A stretch of 64,000 nucleotides of DNA from Parcubacteria group bacterium (lineage in GTDB: Bacteria > Patescibacteriota > Minisyncoccia > Phycocordibacterales > UBA2135). The DNA is taken from contig JACPBB010000001.1 of the NCBI GenBank assembly GCA_016180525.1, positions 11,320 to 75,319 of the forward strand, in the 5' to 3' direction. The notes under the pieces are model-generated. The model made no database searches. It was not told the origin of the DNA and saw only the letters and a list, made by a program, of their open reading frames with translations. Positions within the stretch are counted from its first letter, which is position 1. Each line of letters opens with the position of its first letter. Made by a program: the position numbers and the translations under genes. Shown in pieces: positions 27,277 through 37,162 of this stretch.

Positions 27277-27329
27277 GAAGGGCTAAAGCGCTTTTTGCAC
27301 AGCAAAAACGCTTGCCCAAACATCCCACC

Positions 27330-27540
27330 ATATTATAGGCGGGAGTGTTTTAGGGGATAGCGGTTTTTGAGTGTTTTTGAGATAGAAACAATGTCGCACA
27401 ATATACATTTTCCGACACTAATACAGTGTCGGAACAATGTACTCGCCATTGTGCGACTAAACTGTGTTTTGTCGCACAATGGCTCTTTGCGACGTATATT
27501 CTAATAAAGGGTCGTAAAAGATAAGAAAGGTTGTGCAATG
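27330..27540. repeat. motif-rich convergent intergenic region related to the 57.26/60.45 kb element
   Basis: Shares ttttgagtg and the palindrome ttccgaca..tgtcggaaca. Carries three or more copies of TGTCGCACAATGG / CCATTGTGCGAC in both orientations. Confidence 0.4.
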
Positions 27541-27601
27541 TTTCTCAATTATGAACTATCATGGCTCTTGCGAACTATATTTTCATTTTATATAGATCAA
27601 A

Positions 27602-28117
27602 CTATAAAGATGAGAACTTGTTTTCGATTTCTTTGACTACAAATGGAATTACCATCTCGTTTGTGAGTTGAGTATCGTCTGGTTGAAGTACTTCAATATT
27701 ATATTCATAGTCACCGGGCTCAGTAAGTTTAAATCCTGTAAATATAGCCCTATGCCTGCAGTTAATTTTGTGGGGTTTAAATTCAATTTTCGTAAGAAAT
27801 TCCATTAAAGCTTTACCTTTGGGATTGATCAACGAAATTTTAATATTTGTTTTTATTTCATTATCAAATAATTCATAATTTCCCATTCTTCGAAACATTG
27901 TTACTACTTCGTGTTGTACTGGTACTAGAAGAGCTTCTTTTTTTTGTTGTTTCATTCCTTCAAAATCTATTTTTTGAACATTTACCTGATTGATTAGATT
28001 AAAAAGAGAAATATTATTTTTTTCCTGATCTATAGAAGACATGCTGCAGATCAGACCCCAGACCCCTCTTATCTGTTTTGTAATACTGCTTTTTTTCCCT
28101 ATCGTTTCCTTTGACAT
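27602..28117 (-). CDS. hypothetical protein (171 aa)
   Basis: ORF with host-like composition, directly downstream of the putative toxin-antitoxin pair. Confidence 0.35.
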   Translation of the reverse strand: MSKETIGKKSSITKQIRGVWGLICSMSSIDQEKNNISLFNLINQVNVQKIDFEGMKQQKKEALLVPVQHEVVTMFRRMGNYELFDNEIKTNIKISLINPKGKALMEFLTKIEFKPHKINCRHRAIFTGFKLTEPGDYEYNIEVLQPDDTQLTNEMVIPFVVKEIENKFSSL

Positions 28118-28121
28118 CTAA

Positions 28122-28418
28122 TTAAACCCCAACAAAAGCACTTTTTGCTGTATAAATGGGGTAGTCTTTTTTAAATTCAATAGATTTTGGCTTTTTTGAA
28201 TCTAAATCTGATAATGCTCTTATCACAAGAATATCTCCGTCAATTAAAATAATCACATCATTTTTTGATGAATCTAATATTTCAATTCCAAGCACCTCAC
28301 CCTCTTTATTTACGTCGTAAAAAATGCTTTCATTCAAGGACTTAGTTTTGAATACTTTACCCTTTTTTATAGATACATATTTTGCATCTACTTTTTTATC
28401 GTAAGTTATCTTCATCAT
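28122..28418 (-). CDS. DUF2283-like putative antitoxin
   Basis: MMKITYDKKVDAKYVSIKKGKV...EGEVLGIEILDSS matches the DUF2283 pattern (MKITYDpeaDalYI...GIEIL). 4-nt overlap with the upstream DUF4258-like gene. Confidence 0.5.
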   Translation of the reverse strand: MMKITYDKKVDAKYVSIKKGKVFKTKSLNESIFYDVNKEGEVLGIEILDSSKNDVIILIDGDILVIRALSDLDSKKPKSIEFKKDYPIYTAKSAFVGV

Positions 28419-28624
28419 ATTATTGTAATAATAACAAATTTACCTTTCTCCTTCTTATAAATTACTGTAATATTTCGTCCATCAATTTTTTTTTCTACCT
28501 TAATCCTGCCCTCAAATTGATTAACTTTTGTTGTAGGATTTGAAATTGTTTTTTTAATCTTGTCTGTGTCAATAAAACGCTCCATGGCACGATATTTCGC
28601 ATGGTTTGACATGACTATTTTCAT
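28415..28624 (-). CDS. DUF4258-like putative toxin
   Basis: 69 aa. SNHAKYRAMERFID resembles the DUF4258 signature (HAxxRMxERgI). Translationally coupled to the DUF2283-like gene. Confidence 0.45.
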   Translation of the reverse strand: MKIVMSNHAKYRAMERFIDTDKIKKTISNPTTKVNQFEGRIKVEKKIDGRNITVIYKKEKGKFVIITII

Positions 28625-28722
28625 ATCTAATTATGATACATTTAAACAAAAATTCATAGTTCTGTCGAGATCTTAAAAATAACTTACTCCCCTCTCTGTT
28701 TAGTCGGTAATTTTATTATTTT

Positions 28723-29286
28723 TTATATTATCGTAATCTCCTTATGTGGAAGTTTCCCACTTCTTATCCAATTTTCACGCTCACCAAATTTTAATTTTTT
28801 GGGTATACGCCCATAAGGAGTTTCAAAATAATAATAAATTCTTAAAATTCCTCTATCAAAGTTTCCTCCTATTCTTAAAAAAAGAGTCTTGGCATCTGGG
28901 TGTACGGGCAAACTAGCAACACCTCTATATAAGTAATAATCCTTGCCATCTATAGAATATATCGGTTTTGCACGAGTATCGACTTTCCATAATTTTTCAC
29001 CCTCAAGCGTTATTAGATGTAATTCCTTTTTTTCTATAAAATCTACGGGGAAAAGTAAACCAAATGCAACATCTCCACTAGAAAATCCGAGCCTTGATTT
29101 TGAATTGAATATAGATAAATCTAATATTGGCACCTTATAACCTTTTGTAATTGTTTCCCCTGGTATAAAATTTAAATCTAGTTCTAATTTTGGTATTCTG
29201 TCGAAATGTAACCATAAAGAAAAAACAATTGATGCAATAAGGCTTGATAGTATTCCGATACTAAATGTTTCAATTAGAAACTTCAT
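28723..29286 (-). CDS. hypothetical membrane-anchored protein (187 aa)
   Basis: ORF with N-terminal TM helix. Confidence 0.35.
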   Translation of the reverse strand: MKFLIETFSIGILSSLIASIVFSLWLHFDRIPKLELDLNFIPGETITKGYKVPILDLSIFNSKSRLGFSSGDVAFGLLFPVDFIEKKELHLITLEGEKLWKVDTRAKPIYSIDGKDYYLYRGVASLPVHPDAKTLFLRIGGNFDRGILRIYYYFETPYGRIPKKLKFGERENWIRSGKLPHKEITII

Positions 29287-29493
29287 AGAATTTAGTTTTA
29301 AGTCATTAAGTACTTAAACCATTTTTAGCATTTTACGCTCCCCTGTTTATAAATCAAGCATAAAATTTAAAATTATTTTATCTCGTAAAAACTACTTTTT
29401 TCTCCCTCGCTTTATGTCTCATTAATATATTGACATTTATATACTTTGGTGTTATTTTATTTTTAGTTTTTAATTTGAAAAAAGATTAAGACC

Positions 29494-29964
29494 ATGATCG
29501 TTATTAGCATCAGACATGCCGCAGAAGATATTTCAACCAAAAATTTAAATGAAGAAGGACTTAGGTCCGCCTCACAGCTTGCAGAAATTATTGAAATAGA
29601 ACTTGAAAGACTTGTTCCCCCGATAAAAAATGGTCAAATCATGTTAGTAAGCTCCCCTGTCGCACGTGCATTGCAGACAGCTGAACCTATAGCAAAAATC
29701 CTCGACATTACTACGAATGAGTCTGCGTGCCTTGGTGAAGACTGGATGAAGGAAGAAAAAAGGCTTCAAATGCTTTTTGAGCTTCTTGGAGAAAATTTGC
29801 CCAAAGTGCTTATTATAGTTACGCATTTACATGAGGCAAGTTATATGCCTATTTTAATATCTGAAAAATTATCGGGTATCACACCAAGAAAATTTGAGTT
29901 CAAGAAAGGTAATGCAACCTTACTCAACACTGAAACAGGTCAAAATCGCTGGATCTACCTGTAG
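29494..29964 (+). CDS. histidine phosphatase superfamily protein (SixA-like)
   Basis: N-terminal RHA(A) motif (ISIRHAAED) and SSPVARALQTAEPIA, matching the RHG/SPLxRAxQTA signatures of branch-1 histidine phosphatases. Followed by tandem hairpin terminators. Confidence 0.5.
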   Translation: MIVISIRHAAEDISTKNLNEEGLRSASQLAEIIEIELERLVPPIKNGQIMLVSSPVARALQTAEPIAKILDITTNESACLGEDWMKEEKRLQMLFELLGENLPKVLIIVTHLHEASYMPILISEKLSGITPRKFEFKKGNATLLNTETGQNRWIYL

Positions 29965-29974
29965 CGCCAACAAA

Positions 29975-30075
29975 ACCGCACTCTACGAGCGGTTTTCTTT
30001 TTTCCCAAAAAGACCTACCCCAAGGAAAACAACCGTGCATCCGCCACATAGTCATGTGTGGCGGACTTTTTTATC
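29975..30075 (+). terminator. tandem intrinsic terminators after 29494..29964
   Basis: aaaccgcactctacgagcggttttctttttt, then ccgccacatagtcatgtgtggcggactttttta. Confidence 0.6.
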
Positions 30076-30171
30076 TTCAAACTACTAAATTTTTACAAAA
30101 ACACCTATTGGCTTGAATAGGTGTTTTATTTGTATCATCTTGGAAAATTTACACAGAAACGGAGATATGTA

Positions 30172-30471
30172 TTAATAACTCCATCCTGACAGAAAAAAAT
30201 GTATATATGAATGAGATTCATCACAGAAGTAAAAAACGTCTCCGGAATGCACCTCAACTTTTATTTTATCTGGCTTGTTTGAAATATCTTGCGCGCACAG
30301 TGAACACTTTATTTTTCCGTCATCGTGGCTCAATATATGACTTACTTTCTTAAAAAAATATATGGGGTACGATACCATTCCGTAAAAAAGTATCCACAGA
30401 GCCTCAATGAGCGCATATAACAATGAAAGAAAAAATTTAAGGGCATTCATCTCTAAAGCTCCTATAAACAT
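30172..30471 (-). CDS. hypothetical small membrane protein (99 aa)
   Basis: ORF with N-terminal TM helix. Weak. Confidence 0.3.
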   Translation of the reverse strand: MFIGALEMNALKFFLSLLYALIEALWILFYGMVSYPIYFFKKVSHILSHDDGKIKCSLCAQDISNKPDKIKVEVHSGDVFYFCDESHSYIHFFLSGWSY

Positions 30472-30614
30472 CTGTTGCGCTATTCTCTATTCATTAAAGC
30501 AAATAAATACCGCAAGGCAAGCCCTGCGGTATTAAACCGACACGAGCTCCTCAGCTTCTACTTCGCCAATAAAAAAATATTTTACAAAAACACTCACTGT
30601 AAAAAATGAGTGTT

Positions 30615-31034
30615 TTACTCCCCTGTTTCTCCAATAACCGCTTTTTGGAGTTCATGCAGTCCTATGCGCAATTGTTCGCTTTCTTTCTCTTCTTGCGTTT
30701 CCGGCTGCAGTGGCGGAGTGCGAACCGGAACGATCTTTGAAAATAGCATATTCCACAGAGATGCCGCAAAATACCACATTTTTCCGATTGGAACAGTAGA
30801 TATATGCGGCTCCGGCTCAATAATACGATTTTTTGTATAACCTTCCACAATATCAAGCACAATACGGGAATGTCCTCGTACTTCAGTTTGAAAATGGAAT
30901 AATCGCATTTCAACGTTAGAGAGAACGGCTATATATAAGTCGTTGCCACCATTCATCCACCTCAGCTCGCTAGATTTTGTTTTTTGTAATAGAATTTTTA
31001 CCTGCTCGTACGACTTTAGCGCTCTGCCTTTCAT
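30615..31034 (-). CDS. hypothetical protein (139 aa)
   Basis: ORF only. Confidence 0.3.
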   Translation of the reverse strand: MKGRALKSYEQVKILLQKTKSSELRWMNGGNDLYIAVLSNVEMRLFHFQTEVRGHSRIVLDIVEGYTKNRIIEPEPHISTVPIGKMWYFAASLWNMLFSKIVPVRTPPLQPETQEEKESEQLRIGLHELQKAVIGETGE

Positions 31035-31144
31035 TAACCCACCCCCGCAAAGAATCTTCTTTTTGTATTATACCACGTCGCTTGTTTTTAATTTAAAAGA
31101 GTAGTAGATATAAAACAGAGAAGTAAATAAAGGATTTATGCAAA

Positions 31145-31393
31145 ATGAACAGAAAAGAGTTCACGGATGAGGAGCGAGAAGAAATTGAGGGCTGGGCACG
31201 AGAATTGGCTGACTTAATGGGAAAACATTTTCTTAAACCTCCAAATCCTGCCATTCAAGATAAAGTTAAAAAATTAAGAAAAAAGATTGAAGGTAAAGGA
31301 CTCTATATAACATGGGAAATGTCTATAACTGACCTCCAAAAACTTGAAGGAAAAGCGGATGTGCATCTCTGGGTTCCCAAGCATCTAATGTAG
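31145..31393 (+). CDS. hypothetical small protein (82 aa)
   Basis: ORF followed by a strong intrinsic terminator at 31406..31440. Confidence 0.4.
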   Translation: MNRKEFTDEEREEIEGWARELADLMGKHFLKPPNPAIQDKVKKLRKKIEGKGLYITWEMSITDLQKLEGKADVHLWVPKHLM

Positions 31394-31405
31394 ATCAATA
31401 AAAAT

Positions 31406-31440
31406 CCCCTGCCGAAAAGGCAAGGGGGTTTTATTTTTTT
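31406..31440 (+). terminator. intrinsic terminator after 31145..31393
   Basis: cccctgccgaaaaggcaagggggttttattttttt. Confidence 0.7.
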
Positions 31441-31526
31441 AACAGAACAAAATTATCAAAAAGTCAATTGAATTGAAATATATATATATATATAATCTCT
31501 AAATAGAAGTAAGGAGGAACATTTTT

Positions 31527-32213
31527 ATGCCATACGTTCCGAGCGAAAAAACAACTCCGCCCGCCGAAGATCGCACTGTTCTTGATCCGGCCGTTAATGC
31601 AGTTGCTGAAAAAATTGCTAAAAACGTAACGAACAATTTTTCTCTTTTACAGGAATATAAAAGAGTGTTTATGGCTATTTCTGCTGGAATTGTGTACTTT
31701 GTTTTAGGTGGAAAGAAAAATTCTGAAAATCCTCATCCAGAATATTTACTTGCCTATACTATCTTTAACGTCGCAGAAAAATACGGTTACGAAGGCGCAT
31801 TCCTCGGCGAGCTGAATTATGCGATTACTCGTCTTATCCAGCGTGTCCCGCAAGTCATGGTTAAAAACGGCACATGGAAAGATACGGATGAGTTGCGCTA
31901 TTGGTTGTATGCCTGTACTGCCTCTGCATTGCGATATGCTGCCACACACACTGAAGATTTGAATTTAGGAATTGACGGCGTCTTTGAAGACATCAAAGAC
32001 GAGTATAAATGGCGTGTTAACAGGCCGTACGAAATCGCTCAAATTCTGAAAAGCGGCGACTGCTATGACGCTCCGTATTATTCACGCGTCATTGAAGTTG
32101 TCGATGAAGACGGAAAACTTATTGGGCATCAAGAAATTATGCTGAAGCGCAGTGATGAAACTTTAAAAATAGACTTACTTCCTTTGCAAATTGTTGTTAA
32201 GAAAAAAAAGTAG
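31527..32213 (+). CDS. hypothetical protein (228 aa)
   Basis: Preceded by the Shine-Dalgarno-like sequence aggaggaacatttttATG. Followed by a bidirectional hairpin. Confidence 0.45.
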   Translation: MPYVPSEKTTPPAEDRTVLDPAVNAVAEKIAKNVTNNFSLLQEYKRVFMAISAGIVYFVLGGKKNSENPHPEYLLAYTIFNVAEKYGYEGAFLGELNYAITRLIQRVPQVMVKNGTWKDTDELRYWLYACTASALRYAATHTEDLNLGIDGVFEDIKDEYKWRVNRPYEIAQILKSGDCYDAPYYSRVIEVVDEDGKLIGHQEIMLKRSDETLKIDLLPLQIVVKKKK

Positions 32214-32216
32214 AGA

Positions 32217-32246
32217 AAATCCGCCTTACCGGCGGATTTTAATTAA
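32217..32246. terminator. bidirectional hairpin between convergent genes 31527..32213 and 32239..32817
   Basis: aatccgccttaccggcggatttt. Confidence 0.5.
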
Positions 32247-32817
32247 CGCGATGCGACGTCTGTGGAACAACATGAGAAATCTTTAACACCCCACTCTCGG
32301 TTGCTTTTATTACGCACACATTTTCAATCCAAACTTTAGGCATAATAGCAATAACGCCTAGAATCAAATCTTCGGTGATATTTTCATCAAAATCTTTTAG
32401 AGCAAAAGTTTCTTTTTTAACTTCCGCAAGAAGGCAAACGAGAAATCCGGTAAGCAAAACCCATAGCGCATCTCTTCGTATAAACGAAGGGCCGGAATGT
32501 ACAGAAAAAAGTTTTTGCGCTTCTCTAATACCGGAGAGAACTTTATATATGGCCCGCACGTGTTCACGAGCCGTTATGTGCTCATCTCCATCCCTCAGAA
32601 ACCACAGGAAACTTGTATAGAATGCCATCAAATCGGTATTTAAAACACTGACCAACTCTTTGCTTTTGTCGGGAAACAATTGAGCGTTTGGGGCGTCCTT
32701 AGTAATCCAATCTAAAATAAAGAATGTATTGCTCTTAAGAGCTTCAAGATTTTCTTTTTCTTCCGTCGTATTAGTCATGGCAACTCTATTAGATGCTTCT
32801 GTTAAATAGCATGTCAT
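32239..32817 (-). CDS. hypothetical protein (192 aa)
   Basis: ORF convergent on the 32217..32246 hairpin. Confidence 0.4.
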   Translation of the reverse strand: MTCYLTEASNRVAMTNTTEEKENLEALKSNTFFILDWITKDAPNAQLFPDKSKELVSVLNTDLMAFYTSFLWFLRDGDEHITAREHVRAIYKVLSGIREAQKLFSVHSGPSFIRRDALWVLLTGFLVCLLAEVKKETFALKDFDENITEDLILGVIAIMPKVWIENVCVIKATESGVLKISHVVPQTSHRVN

Positions 32818-32924
32818 AAAAAAATATTAAGTCAACTTTAATTTGGCGGACATTAGATGTCCGCCAAATACATCAAAAACTCCCCGCAGGAGGAGTTTTT
32901 GATTCATAATTCCTGATTCTTTGT

Positions 32925-33251
32925 TTATGGCACTTGCGGAGCGTTCAATTCAAAATCATGAGACTGGCCAGCCTTGATACGCTCCAAGTTGCTTACAAAA
33001 GATTCCCACAATAAATTTATGAAAATATTGTTCCAAAAATATAAGACGGGGCTTCTCAAGTATTCCTGCCATACTGTTACTGTAAAACCCCACACATATT
33101 GTAAATTTGATTGCGTTTGCGGCGCTTCTATAATGCCCCGAATATCAATATTGAAATAGCTTAAGACGATAATAACAATAATGATGAGCAGAATGAGACG
33201 CAAAAATCCTTTTTGATTACGTATGTAAAGCATGAATGTATTATAACACAA
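32925..33251 (-). CDS. hypothetical small membrane protein (108 aa)
   Basis: ORF with TM helix. Weak. Confidence 0.3.
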   Translation of the reverse strand: MCYNTFMLYIRNQKGFLRLILLIIIVIIVLSYFNIDIRGIIEAPQTQSNLQYVWGFTVTVWQEYLRSPVLYFWNNIFINLLWESFVSNLERIKAGQSHDFELNAPQVP

Positions 33252-33328
33252 ACGAGGCTTTAGGTGCTAGGCATTAGGCTTTAGGGTTTTGTTTATTGCC
33301 CTAGCGCCTAGTGCCTAACGCTTAGAGC
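33252..33328. repeat. intergenic 7-nt-periodic palindromic element
   Basis: aggctttaggtgctaggcattaggctttaggg - spacer - cctagcgcctagtgcctaacgcttagagcc. Confidence 0.55.
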
Positions 33329-34603
33329 CTACAAGTAAGACAATGGATTTAAGTACGCCTCTGTCGGCGCAATGGGAATATCAACATTTTTACAATTTTT
33401 ACTATTAACAAACCGCTCAACACGAACCCCTTGTGACGCATATACCGTAAAGTGCAAATGAGGGCCTGTGGCATATCCGGTTTTTCCGCTATATCCGATT
33501 ATCTCCCCTACAGATACCTCTTGGCCAGGAACAACTTTTATAAGAGAAAGATGCGCGTACAAAGTTGCGAGACCATTAAAATGTCGTATAAGAACCCATT
33601 TGCCGTATGAATAGCATCCTCTAACCGCATCGGTATTACCAACATCCATCACTGTTCCGTTTGCGGCACTCAAGACGACTGTTCCTACTGACGCTCTTAA
33701 ATCAATTCCGTTATGACCCCGATTGTTGTACACTTGGGGATTTTGGTTCGCAAAAGAAGTATTCCCAAAATATTGTGTGATTTTTATAGAATTAAGCGGC
33801 CAGCGCAAAATACCCTTACCCGGTTTTGGAAGACTTGTTGGATCAATTTCAATTCGTAATTGAGCTTCAAACTCCCGTAACTCTTCTTCAAGTGCCTCCC
33901 GTTTTTGCAACTGTTCAGCAAGAATTTTCTTATAATCGGATTCTCTGTTTTTTGTCTCTTTAAGCAGCGCGCTCTGGTTTGCTTTGTTTTGCCTCACAAT
34001 TTCCTTTTGGTCGGCAAGGCGGGCGTTAAATGCGACCAGGTTCCGTTTCTCTTTTTCTGACGCCGCCTTTGCTTCCTCGTGGTCAATTTTTAATTCCTGC
34101 AGTGTATTTACTTTTTCATGTACTTCATTTTGAAATTGCTGCAAACCTTGCACGCCATTCCAAAATCCGGCAAATCCAAATTCTGAAAAAATAATTTCAA
34201 TAAAACTATGTGATTCAAGCTCGTTTATTTTACGTATTGACTGACCAAGCGCCGCGTCTCCATTTTTAATTCTTTTTTCTTTATCTACAATTAAAAGCGC
34301 GAGCTCTGCTATCGTCGCATTCGCTTTTCCGATTCTTTGTTCTGTGAGCCGAATATCAGCGGTTAATTTTTTATCAGTAAGCTCGAGCTGTTTAATCGCA
34401 CTTTCAAGTGTCTGCGCTTCGTTTCCGACAGATTCTATTTGAGAATCTAGTTTGTCAATCTCCGCTTGAATTTCCTGAATTTTAGCATTTCGATCTTCTA
34501 TTTTTGACTGCAACTCATCAACAATCTGCGCGTGAACAAGAAAAAGAGGAGTTGCAAATAGCAGAACAAGGCAGAATATAATTTGATTATGTTTAGCAAA
34601 CAT
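33329..34603 (-). CDS. M23 family peptidoglycan metalloendopeptidase with N-terminal coiled-coil
   Basis: Signal peptide. Long coiled-coil. C-terminal M23 motifs HNGIDL...YAHLS...GYSGKTGYATGPHLHFTVY. Confidence 0.75.
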   Translation of the reverse strand: MFAKHNQIIFCLVLLFATPLFLVHAQIVDELQSKIEDRNAKIQEIQAEIDKLDSQIESVGNEAQTLESAIKQLELTDKKLTADIRLTEQRIGKANATIAELALLIVDKEKRIKNGDAALGQSIRKINELESHSFIEIIFSEFGFAGFWNGVQGLQQFQNEVHEKVNTLQELKIDHEEAKAASEKEKRNLVAFNARLADQKEIVRQNKANQSALLKETKNRESDYKKILAEQLQKREALEEELREFEAQLRIEIDPTSLPKPGKGILRWPLNSIKITQYFGNTSFANQNPQVYNNRGHNGIDLRASVGTVVLSAANGTVMDVGNTDAVRGCYSYGKWVLIRHFNGLATLYAHLSLIKVVPGQEVSVGEIIGYSGKTGYATGPHLHFTVYASQGVRVERFVNSKNCKNVDIPIAPTEAYLNPLSYL

Positions 34604-34728
34604 GCCTATATAAAATTTTAATTTCTAATTTTAAATTTTGAATGAATTTTAAATGATTTAATGTTTCAAAATTAATACATTAGAATTTCATTCAAAATTC
34701 AGAATTCAAAATTGAAAATTTATCATAT

Positions 34729-36054
34729 TTAAATTAACTTCTTCGCGTGCTCAAGCCTCCGCAGGGTTTCTTCTTTTCCAAGGACTTCGGCTATCGCAAA
34801 CGGATCAGATGATTTTTCTTTTCCCGAAAGAGCGAATCGAAACGGCCACAAGACGCTTCCCCGTCCCATTTCCGTCGCATACTCCCACACGCCTTCTTTT
34901 ACGCGCAAAGCCGTAAATTCTTTCTCCCCCACCTGGGAGAGTATGCTCATTAATTCAGAGAGATATTTTTTTACAACTGATAAATCAGTCTCATTCTTCC
35001 ACAAAAGCCCTTTTTTTTCATACGCGGGCTGTTCCCAAAAATAAGTAAGTTCTCCAGCATCATAAAGACCACGAATATCGCCGAAAACATCAATTTTTTC
35101 GGTCAAAATAGCTATAAGTGCCGCAAGGGATGCTTCGCTCATATTCTGCGCTTCTAGGGGCAAAAATGGCTTAATTTCATCGTGTAAACGTTCCCTGGAA
35201 AGCCGTTTAATATGTTCCCGGTTTATCCATTTTAATTTATCAATGTTAAATACTGCTCCGCTTTTTTGAATCCCCTCAATTGAAAAAACGTTAATAAGTT
35301 CTTCGGTTGAAAATACTTCATTATTATCTTTACCATGCTGAGGAGACCATCCCAAAAGAACCATAAAGTTAATGAGCGCTTCCGGCAAATAGCCTTCTTT
35401 GCGATATTCTAATACAGACATAGCACCATGCCGCTTTGATAATTTGGAACGATCTGGAGAGAGAATGAGCGGAATATGAATATAGAGAGGGCGAGGAGCA
35501 CCGATTGCTTCTTGAATAAGAATTTGCCGGGGCGTGTTTGAAACATGGTCTTCTCCGCGGATGATGTGCGTTACATTCATCTCATAATCATCTATAACCA
35601 CGGCAAGGTGATAGAGCGGGTCACTTTCGTTCCGCGCAATAACAAAATCATGAAGTTCCGTCGTATCAAATATGATGTCACCCCGCACAAGATCGGTAAA
35701 AATAATTTTTTTATTGGGATTTTTAAAACGAATAACACTGTCCTCGGCAACATATGCATGTCCGTTGCGTATAAGAGCCGCGATGTGTTTTTGATATATC
35801 TCCTTCCTCTCAGATTGCCGAAAAAACGCAGGGTGAGTAATCCCAAGCCACTTTAAACTTTCTAAAATATCTGTTTCGTATTCTTTTTTAGAACGTTCCC
35901 TATCCGTATCTTCAATCCGTAAAATCATCTCTCCGTTTTTCTGTTTCGAAAAAAGAAAATTAAAAAGCGCAGTGCGCGCGGCACCAACGTGAAGTGTCCC
36001 GGTTGGTGACGGAGCAAAGCGTGTAATAATTTTATTTTTCATGTTTAAGTGCAA
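34729..36054 (-). CDS. gltX: glutamyl-tRNA synthetase
   Basis: RFAPSPTGTLHVGAARTALFNFLF (class I HIGH region). KLSKRHG (KMSKS-like). ~441 aa. Confidence 0.85.
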   Translation of the reverse strand: MHLNMKNKIITRFAPSPTGTLHVGAARTALFNFLFSKQKNGEMILRIEDTDRERSKKEYETDILESLKWLGITHPAFFRQSERKEIYQKHIAALIRNGHAYVAEDSVIRFKNPNKKIIFTDLVRGDIIFDTTELHDFVIARNESDPLYHLAVVIDDYEMNVTHIIRGEDHVSNTPRQILIQEAIGAPRPLYIHIPLILSPDRSKLSKRHGAMSVLEYRKEGYLPEALINFMVLLGWSPQHGKDNNEVFSTEELINVFSIEGIQKSGAVFNIDKLKWINREHIKRLSRERLHDEIKPFLPLEAQNMSEASLAALIAILTEKIDVFGDIRGLYDAGELTYFWEQPAYEKKGLLWKNETDLSVVKKYLSELMSILSQVGEKEFTALRVKEGVWEYATEMGRGSVLWPFRFALSGKEKSSDPFAIAEVLGKEETLRRLEHAKKLI

Positions 36055-37162
36055 TCCGAATTGCCTCTCGAGCGATTTTTAAAGCCGCGTCTTTTCTAAA
36101 AAACCCCTGTGCTTGTTTTTTCATTTCCTCCTGAAGGGCGCTGTTTTCCATAATCCGATTTATTTCCGAAAGTAACAAATGGGGAGTTAAATTTTTTTCT
36201 TCCATGACAATCGCCGCCCCAGAGCGAGCATAATTAAAAGCATTCTTCCGCTGATGGTCTCCATTCGATTTTGTTATTGGAACAATGATAGACGGAAGCC
36301 CCCATGAAGCAATTTCAAAAATAGTTGAGCCGGCACGTGATATAACGAGAGAAGCAACCCCAGCGGACATCCGAAGAGCAAGGGTGTGTAAATATCCAAA
36401 TGGTTTGTAGCGCCCAGTTTCGAGCCCCCCTTCTTTTAGAATCGCGAATGACATTTGCTCAGCGTTTTTTATATGAGCAACTCCTGTTTGATGAATTAGT
36501 TGATATTTTCCTATAAGCTGTGGGAGAGCATCCAGTATGACATTATTTATAATTTCAGCGCCCTGTGAACCGCCGAGAACAAGTATAACGGGAATATGTT
36601 CTTCAAGTTTGAGATATTCATATGCCCCTTCTTTAATTGGATTAGCAATATCTCTCCGTACAGGCTGCCCCACAACTGCAGTTTTTTCCTTTGGAAAGAA
36701 AGATGCCGCGCTATCCCACGAAACAGCAATCCGCTCTGCGAATTTACCGGCCCATATATTGCTCCTTCCTGGAATAGCGTCTGACTCATGGATGATAATT
36801 GGAATCCGAAAGATACGCGCCGCAAAAACGACGGGAACGCTCGCATATCCGCCCTTGCTGATTACGACGTCAGGATACAGATTGAATAATTTAAAAAGCG
36901 CCTGAATTGTACCAAGACAAAGTATAAACACGTCTATAATATTGAGCACGGAAAGATAACGTCTTAATTTACCGGAAAAAACGTGTTTAAAAGTGATGTT
37001 ATTTTCAAACAATGCTTTTTTATCAAACGGAGAAACCGACATATAAAAAATTTCCGGGTGCAAGAGTTTTTCCGTTTCAGCAATCTTATGTAACTCTTCC
37101 GCAATGGCGATAAGAGGGTAGAAATGTCCGGCAGTGCCTCCGCCGGTTAAAACAATTTTCAT
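36032..37162 (-). CDS. murG: UDP-N-acetylglucosamine--N-acetylmuramyl-(pentapeptide) pyrophosphoryl-undecaprenol N-acetylglucosamine transferase
   Basis: MKIVLTGGGTAGHFYPLIAIAEEL N-terminal G-loop plus the characteristic GT-B C-domain. Located in the dcw cluster context. Confidence 0.8.
   Translation of the reverse strand: MKIVLTGGGTAGHFYPLIAIAEELHKIAETEKLLHPEIFYMSVSPFDKKALFENNITFKHVFSGKLRRYLSVLNIIDVFILCLGTIQALFKLFNLYPDVVISKGGYASVPVVFAARIFRIPIIIHESDAIPGRSNIWAGKFAERIAVSWDSAASFFPKEKTAVVGQPVRRDIANPIKEGAYEYLKLEEHIPVILVLGGSQGAEIINNVILDALPQLIGKYQLIHQTGVAHIKNAEQMSFAILKEGGLETGRYKPFGYLHTLALRMSAGVASLVISRAGSTIFEIASWGLPSIIVPITKSNGDHQRKNAFNYARSGAAIVMEEKNLTPHLLLSEINRIMENSALQEEMKKQAQGFFRKDAALKIAREAIRIALKHEK

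Noticed and set aside
34604-34728. AT-rich inverted repeats (tgaatgaatttta ... aatttcattcaaaa) between gltX and the M23 peptidase gene as a possible mobile-element end.
   Set aside because: Short, low-complexity A/T palindromes in a promoter/terminator region. No flanking transposase and no target-site duplication.
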